A stretch of 64,000 nucleotides of DNA. It comes from Eledone cirrhosa. Taxonomy: Eukaryota. Of the stretch, positions 54,628 through 64,000 are shown piece by piece (positions within the stretch are counted from its first letter, which is position 1; the number at the start of each line of letters is the position of its first letter). The notes under the pieces were generated by a model. That model searched no databases and had not been told where the DNA came from. It saw only the letters and a program-made list of their open reading frames with translations. Both the position numbers and the translations under genes were made by a program. The stretch covers positions 28,458,001-28,522,000 of the forward strand of contig OZ024746.1 in the NCBI GenBank assembly GCA_964016885.1, given 5' to 3'.

Positions 54628-57600
54628 TAACTGCAACACTTCCACCACCTCTAACTCTACCATCACCATAACCACAACCATCACTTCCACCACCTCTAAC
54701 TCTACCATCACAATAACCACAACCAACACTTCCACCACCTCTAACTCTACCATCACCATAACCACAACCAACACTACCATTACCTCTAACTCTACCATCA
54801 CCATAACCACAACCAACACTTCCACCACCTCTAACTCTACTATCCATAACCACAACCAACACTACCACCACCTCTAACTCTACCATCACCGTAACCACAA
54901 CCAACACCTCCACCACCTCTAACTCTACCATCACCATAACCACAACCAACACTTCCACCACCTCTAACTCTACCATCACCATCACCACCTCTAACTCTAC
55001 CATCACCATAACCACAACCAACACTACCACCATCTCTAACTCTACCATCACCGTAACCACAACCAACACTACCACCACCTCTAACTCTACCATCACCATA
55101 ACCACAACCAACACTTCCACCACCTCTAACTCTACCATCACCATAACCACAACCAACACTACCGCCACCTCTAACTCTACCATCACCATAACCACAACCA
55201 ACACTACCACCACCTCTAACTCTACCATCACCGTAACCACAACCAACACTACCACCACCTCTAACTCTACCATCACCATAACCACAACCATCACTTCCAC
55301 CACCTCTAACTCTACCATCACCATAACCACAACCATCACTTCCACCACCTCTAACTCTACCATCACCATAACCACAACCAACACTTCCACCACCTCTAAC
55401 TCTACCATCACCATAACCACAACCATCACTTCCACCACCTCTAACTCTACCATCACCATAACCACAACCAACACTACCACCACCTCTAACTCTACCATCA
55501 CCATAACCACAACCAACACTTCCACCACCTCTAACTCTACCATCACCATAACCACAACCAACACTACCGCCACCTCTAACTCTACCATCACCATAACCAC
55601 AACCATCACCATCACCACCTCTAACTCTACCATCACCATAACCACAACCAACACTACCACCACCTCTAACGCTACCATCACCGTAACCACAACCAACACT
55701 TCCACCACCTCTAACTCTACCATCACCATAACCACAACCATCACCATCACCACCTCTAACTCTACCATCACCATAACCACAACCAACACTACCACCACCT
55801 CTAACTCTACCATCACCATAACCACAACCAACACTGCTACCACCTCTAACTCTACCATCACCATAACCACAACCAACACTTCCACCACTACCTCTAACTC
55901 TACCATCACCATAACCACAACCAACACTGCTACCACCTCTAACTCTACCATCACCATAACCACAACCAACACTTCCACCACTACCTCTAACTCTACCATC
56001 ACCGTAACCACAACCAACACTACCACCACCTCTAACTCTACCATCACCATAACCACAACCAACACTACCGCCACCTCTAACTCTACCATCACCATAACGA
56101 CAACCAACACCATCACCACCTCTAACTCTACCATCACCGTAACCACAACCAACACTACCACCACCTCTAACTCTACCATCACCGTAACCACACCCAGCAC
56201 TTCCACCACCTCTAACTCTACCATCACCATAACCACAACCAACACTTCCACCACCTGCTCTAACTCTACCATCACCATAACCACAACCAACACTACCACC
56301 ACCTCTAACTCTACCATCACCATAACCACAACCAACACTACCGCCACCTCTAACTCTACCATCACCATAACGACAACCAACACCATCACCACCTCTAACT
56401 CTACCATCACCGTAACCACAACCAACACTACCACCACCTCTAACTCTACCATCACCGTAACCACACCCAGCACTTCCACCACCTCTAACTCTACCATCAC
56501 CATAACCACAACCAACACTTCCACCACCTGCTCTAACTCTACCATCACCATAACCACAACCAACACTTCCACCACCTCTAACTCTACCATCACCATAACC
56601 ACAACCAACACTTCCCCCACCTCTAACTCTACCATCACCATAACCACAACCATCACTTCCACCACCTCTAACTCTACCATCACCATAACCACAACCAACA
56701 CTACCACCTCCTCTAACTCTACCATCACCATAACCACAACCAACACTACCACCACCTCTAACTCTACCATCACCATAACCACAACCAACACTACCGCCAC
56801 CTCTAACTCTACCATCACCATAACGACAACCAACACCATCACCACCTCTAACTCTACCATCACCGTAACCACAACCAACACTACCACCACCTCTAACTCT
56901 ACCATCACCGTAACCACACCCAGCACTTCCACCACCTCTAACTCTACCATCACCATAACCACAACCAACACTTCCACCACCTGCTCTAACTCTACCATCA
57001 CCATAACCACAACCAACACTACCACCACCTCTAACTCTACCATCACCATAACCACAACCAACACTACCGCCACCTCTAACTCTACCATCACCATAACGAC
57101 AACCAACACCATCACCACCTCTAACTCTACCATCACCATAACCATAACCAACACTTCCACCACCTGCTCTAACTCTACCATCACCGTAACCACAACCAAC
57201 ACTACCACCTCCTCTAACTCTACCATCACCATAACCACAACCAACACTACCACCTCCTCTAACTCTACCATCACCATAACCACAACCAACACTACCACCA
57301 CCTCTAACTCTACTATCACCATAACCACAACCAACACTTCCACAACCACCTCTAACTCTACCATCACCATAACCACAACCAACACTACCACCACCTCTAA
57401 CTCTACCATCACCATAACCACAACCACCACTACCACCACCTCTAACTCTACCATCATCATAACCACAACCAACACTACCACCACCTCTAACTCTACCATC
57501 ACCATAACCAACACTTCCACCACCTCTAACTCTACCATCACCATAACCACAACCATCACCATCACCACCTCTAACTCTACCATCACCATAACCACAACCA

Positions 57601-59350
57601 TCACCATCACCACCTCTAACTCTACCATCACCATAACCACAACCAACACTTCCCCCACCTCTAACTCTACCATCACCATAACCACAACCAACACTTCCCC
57701 CACCTCTAACTCTACCATCACCATAACCACAACCAACACTACCGCCACCTCTAACTCTACCATCACCATAACCACAACCAACACTTCCACCACCTCTAAC
57801 TCTACCATCACCATAACCACAACCATCACCATCACCACCTCTAACTCTACCATCACCATAACCACAACCAACACTTCCACCACCTCTAACTCTACCATCA
57901 CCATAACCACAACCATCACCATCACCACCTCTAACTCTACCATCACCATAACCACAACCATCACCATCACCACCTCTAACTCTACCATCACCATAACCAC
58001 AACCAACACTTCCCCCACCTCTAACTCTACCATCACCATAACCACAACCATCACCATCACCACCTCTAACTCTACCATCACCATAACCACAACCAACACT
58101 TCCACCACCTCTAACTCTACCATCACCATAACCACAACCATCACCATCACCACCTCTAACTCTACCATCACCATAACCACAACCATCACCATCACCACCT
58201 CTAACTCTACCATCACCATAACCACAACCAACACTTCCCCCACCTCTAACTCTACCATCACCATAACCACAACCAACACTTCCCCCACCTCTAACTCTAC
58301 CATCACCATAATCACAACCAACACTACCGCCACCTCTAACTCTACCATCACCATAACCACAACCAACACTTCCCCCACCTCTAACTCTACCATCACCATA
58401 ACCACAACCAACACTACCGCCACCTCTAACTCTACCATCACCATAACCACAACCAACACTTCCCCCACCTCTAACTCTACCATCACCATAACCACAACCA
58501 ACACTACCACCACCTCTAACTCTACCATCACCATAACCACATCCAACACTTCCACCACCTCTAACTCTACCATCACCATAACCACAACCATCACTACCAC
58601 CACCTCTAACTCTACCATCATTATAACCACAACCAACACTACCACCACCTCTAACTCTACCATCACCATAACCACAACCATCACCATCACCACCTCTAAC
58701 TCTACCATCACCATAACCACAACCAACACTTCCACCACCTCTAACTCTACCATCACCATAACCACAACCATCACCATCACCACCTCTAACTCTACCATCA
58801 CCATAACCACAACCAACACTTCCACCACCTCTAACTCTACCATCACCGTAACCACACCCAGCACTTCCACCACCTCTAACTCTACCATCACCATAACCAC
58901 AACCAACACTTCCACCACCTCTAACTCTACCATCACCATAACCACAACCATCACTACCACCACCTCTAACTCTACCATCACCATAACCACAACCATCACC
59001 ATCACCACCTCTAACTCTACCATCACCATAACCACAACCAACACTACCACCACCTCTAACTCTACCATCACCATAACCACAACCATCACCATCACCACCT
59101 CTAACTCTACCATCACCATAACCACAACCAACACTTCCACCACCTCTAACTCTACCATCACCATAACCACAACCATCACCATCACCACCTCTAACTCTAC
59201 CATCACCATAACCACAACCAACACTTCCACCACCTCTAAATCTACCATCACCATAACCACAACCAACACTTCCACCACCGCTAACTCTACCATCACCATA
59301 ACCACAACCAACACTACCACCACCACCTCTAACTCTACCACCACCATCCC
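54628..59350. repeat. 45-bp minisatellite, ~105 copies, with higher-order structure
   Basis: Unit tctaactctaccatcaccataaccacaaccaacacttccaccacc. Diagnostic acg variants at 56097/56370 and 56823/57096 give a 273-bp period. Confidence 0.95.
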
Positions 59351-59467
59351 CACCACCACAGCCTACATAGCAACAATCAGCACGGACGGCAGCCACACAA
59401 CCACCACCACTACAATCACCAACATATATCTGTCTATCTTCGTCTCCGTATCTATCTTTATAGATGA

Positions 59468-59624
<157 letters not shown>

Positions 59625-62162
59625 GAGAGAGAGAGTTAAGGATAGATAGACCATATATATATATATATTTATATGTATGTATCTATCTATCAATCTATAT
59701 ATCTTTTGTTTTTTCAGTTAATATAGTAAAGGCAAGAAGAGTTGTTGAATGTTTCGTGTCTACTATAATATAATACATCATTTTCATACAATTATGAACG
59801 TAACATCAACCTGGGAATAGCCAAGTAGAGAATGCAGTTTTCATATTGAAAATGCTAATGTGTCTAATTCGAAATAATATTTCAAATATGCCTTTCTTGA
59901 AAAATCCTAATTAACTTTACGTTTTATTCTATTCTATTATATTTTATATTCTCTCAAATCAGATATTTCCATATATGCTCCCGCTGTAAGATAACTTCTG
60001 CTGCTCTTAAAATATTTCTTGTTTGTTTTATTTTCCTTTCCTTCCAAAACAATTACTTGTAATGGTGCTTCCTTCTCCATACATTAATAACGAAAATAAG
60101 ATTTTAGTTTGTAGCAAAATAAGAGATTACAGTTTTTGACGAAGATAAAACGATTATTCATAATAGAAGTCCGTATTGAATAGAAATAAAGAAAAGTATT
60201 AGCAAGACGTCCAACCATTCTATACTTCGATTATAGAATCGAAGATCTCGAAACCTCTTATCAATTAATAGATCCACTTGCTCTCTTACAATTCACTGAG
60301 GAAATAATTTACAATATTAATATTTTTTATATATATTTTCTCTCTCCAATTCTCTAAAGTCAAACGGCAAATTTAATATGCTGATAGCATAGCCATAAAA
60401 ATTGCAATATTTTAATGATTATTTTAAATAATAAACGTTTATGATATATTAATATGCAGGTGAGATAATAAAACGAGAACACCAACGAAACATAGCTTTT
60501 TAGTGGTTTTGTGATGGCGGGAGGAAGAGGAGCACCTGTGGCATTTTGCATAGTCTCCTACCGTAGACCTGGTTCCAATGCTAGCAACAGTTTGAAATCC
60601 GATAAAAACAGCCGTGATTCAGATGATGGTGTTAATCCAGAAAATTGGCGTAACAATGCAGCCCTATTCGGATAGTGTTGTGTCCAGAAAACGGGGGTAA
60701 CTCTACTACCCAATTCAGATGGCGGTTAGTTCGGAAAACGCGGTTACTTTGCAGCCCACTTCAGATGGTGATAGCTGTGTTAATCCAGAAAACGAGGTAA
60801 TTCTGCAGCCCAATTTCAAAGGCCCTTCAGCTACATTATCTATGAAAACATGATGAAAGCAACATAAAAAATGAAATTTAAGTATTTCACGGACAGGTGC
60901 GCTCTTAAAGTAATTGGCAGGGAGATTCAGCGAGAAAGAGTATGTCATTGTGCTGGCCTTTTGAATTGCAGTGTCCCTCTATCAAACGCTTTTCCATATA
61001 GTTTCTGTTATGTCAGTTTTATCCACAAGACAGAGGTCAATCTTAATCTATGGTAAATTACCTTTTCCTAAGATGCCACGCTGTGGAGTTGAACCTAAGA
61101 CTACATGATCGTCAAGCGAACTTCTTAACCACTCAACCATGACTGCAAGCATATAAAATAGATTTTGCTTGCACACCGCTTCACTTGTTATTGTTGTGGG
61201 TAGAGATATCACTCTTAGAAGATTATTCAAGTGTTAATACAAGATAGAGATCGGTAGGGGAATTGATTGCTATGCCCTTCCCCCTCCCAATTCTCTCTCA
61301 ATACGTCCTGCTTATTTGATTTTAGAGTAAAAAAAAAATGGGATCTTTTGACCAAGTAGGATTTTTTTTAATGCCATTTCTTCTCTCCTTGTGTTCATGT
61401 GTCGATATGATTTAATAACAAGGCAAATCAACTTGAGATTTTCCGCAATTATCATTTGTAACAAGCATTTCGCTATTGATGTTTTAGTTAACGCCAATAA
61501 TGTATTTATTTTGCAAACGGCATGAAGCTCTGACGAGTTGCTGTGTTTTTCCTTTTTAATATATTCAAGAAGATTGATGATATTCATCTATTGTATAGCA
61601 TGATGAATATCAAATTCTTTAGATATACCATAATTTACAATACCGATGTCACATGCTGCAACTGAAACAAAAACAAAACGAAGAAAAAGGCAAAATATAC
61701 GTATTATTATAGTTTTCGATCAATGCAGATATCTTTATAATTGGAGTCTTTATGAAAAGACCAGTGCTGTCAAATATATTGTAGAACATGTCGAACTATG
61801 AATCCAAAGGATCTTATTTTTTTCCAGGTAAATAATTGATAATGAATCGATGGAATGTATCGATAATCCGCTGTGAATAGCCTGTGTGTCATAAAAGAAC
61901 TGAATTTATCAGTTCTTTCGTATTTGATTAAATCGCCTGTTATATAGCATGATGACATTGTCCAAAGTTCACTGATAATCGATATATTAGAAGTACAGTT
62001 CAAGGAAAGAGGATTCACATTTGCAATGGGGTTATACTTGTATATCAATATATAATAAACAACAAGTAATCAATTTAGATGGGAACCGTTAAACCGTTAA
62101 ATCGTTATATTAATATTAACAGCCAGTTTTGCATTCGTCGTAAATATATAGATCTATGTATG

Positions 62163-62214
<52 letters not shown>

Positions 62215-64000
62215 AAAGAGTGAGAGAGATGGAGATAGATAGATATAGAGATAGATAGATAGAGAGAGGGGGGAGTGTAGGCACAGGCATGGCTGTGGGG
62301 TTAAAGAGTTCGCTTTTCAATCACCTAAGTTCTCTCGCAATTCGTAGAAACTTGAACGACTGACGTCTACTATAGCTTTAGGTGGAGAAATTCTTTGTAA
62401 GTTATAATAGAAATTTGGTGGACGGAAGCTGTTGATATGACCGTCGTAAATAATGTATACATATGTAAATATAGTTCAAGATGAATAAAAAATATAAACT
62501 CAGAGATACAATTACCAATATATCTTATTAGTTTCACGCTTGTTGTAAATGGAAAAGGAATATTTCAACGCATCGAACATTAGTCCTTCATCACAAAAGA
62601 GTAATGTAAAGAGGAAAAAGAGGCCGGAAGTTATAAGATATATATGTTGTAGGTATATATACTGTGTTTACGTTTAATTATGTCTGGTATTTTCGTAGCT
62701 CGGCAGACATAGATCTATAAAATATGTACTAAGATCGATATGATCAACTAAATCCTATCAAGGTGGTGCTCCAGCATGGCCGCTGTCTAATAACTGAAAC
62801 CAGTAAAGAGTTGAGCCGTCACATAGATGCTGGCGTGTTACAATTTAGCCCTCTAAGTTTTTGAGCAAAGAACTTCCATCCGTGACCACCCTGCACTTTT
62901 ATATGTATAATAAACCTGGAATAATATTACCTAATGTATTCTTCCGTTTTTTAAGTCAGTAGAAATAGAATAGGCTGCTATTTCCAGCATAAAGAGAACA
63001 AAAGTGGTGGAAATAGTCGAAATGGCTGAGAAAGAGGAGAAAAGAAAGAGATGACGAGGAAAAGGAGAGGGGAGGGTGAAGAAAAGTTTAGTTAAGAGAC
63101 ATAAGGAGGGGATAGAGTGGGATTAGGAAGGATAAAAAGGACGATCCAGAAAGGGGCCGAACTAATATGTGTACCCATAACTTAATTCTCAAGGAGATTC
63201 GATATGACAAAGTGTGTTAAGACTTTAAAGTAAGGGGCTTCCAAATAGTTTCTGTCTACCTAATTTCGCTCACAATACATCGGTGAACGTGAGGCTGTGG
63301 TAAATACCACTTGTCCCAGATGTCACACAATAGGATCGAACCCAGTATCTAATGATTGCGATGCGAAGTGGACCTTTTACCCATTCGGCCATTCTGCATG
63401 ATCTCTGCCTACAATATACCGTGTACATTCTATATCGTTAATTCAATGTCAATGAAAACCACCTGCTAGATATAGCAACAAAATTTTCTTCTAAGTTCAC
63501 TGTACATCCTACAGTGTTTCCTGCACATTCGATTGTGTTGGTTAATATACTTATTAAAATATGCTAGAAATAGCAGCCAAATCTCACTTCACTTTTATTG
63601 CACTTCCCACAGCAAAATCTACTTTAACTTTCCACAGCCAAATCTACTTTAACCTACTTTTTCGCCATTTTACGCAGTTACCATCTTCATCTTTCGCCCT
63701 AATTAGCTGAAGCCAATATCCCCCACTTCCCCTACACGTCCCCACACACAACTTTCTAATTCTCTGTCTTTCTTATAAATTCTTCAGATTTCTTTCGGCC
63801 GTTTTTAGGGAGCTTCATTCACCCTATTTACTCTGCTTAATCCCACCTTAGCAAGAAAGAGATAGCAAGATAGCAAAAAGGAGAGAGCGAACAGGGAAGG
63901 GAGAGCAAGAGAGAGTAAAAAAGGGTGAGAGGGTGAGCAAGTGAGGGAGAGTAAGAGATAGAGAGAAAAAAAAGGAGAGCAAGAGAAAGAGAGTTATAGT

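Noticed and set aside
61312-62048. Two ~90-aa minus-strand ORFs in unique AT-rich DNA
   Set aside because: No recognisable motifs, and the lengths are compatible with chance.

Overview
AT-rich, microsatellite-saturated animal DNA. The SINE, LINE and (TA)n content resembles a coleoid cephalopod such as Octopus (inference). No host gene could be recognised with confidence, and almost all listed ORFs are microsatellite translations. The window is a mosaic of mobile DNA: a near-intact Penelope-like element (PLE; RT + GIY-YIG, 12716-17607, minus strand), two tandem Tx1/L1-like LINEs (47237-54345), RTE, CR1-like and RLE LINE scraps, a non-autonomous Helitron, a hAT-like remnant, MITEs, tRNA-derived SINEs and large minisatellites. 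The main result is RNA-based. A ~500-540 bp tandem and partly inverted satellite (17925-21938) carries one minimal type-I hammerhead ribozyme (HHR) per unit, plus an octamer motif and hairpins that show compensatory changes in a diverged copy at ~33 kb, so it looks like a retrozyme or newt satellite-2-like array. The PLE is inserted in the (TA)n tract of one unit and appears to join ORF1 to RT-EN through a U-UUU-UUA -1 frameshift. At least six other HHR families, some with core variants, are scattered through the window. All structures were folded by eye; no searches or folding programs were run.
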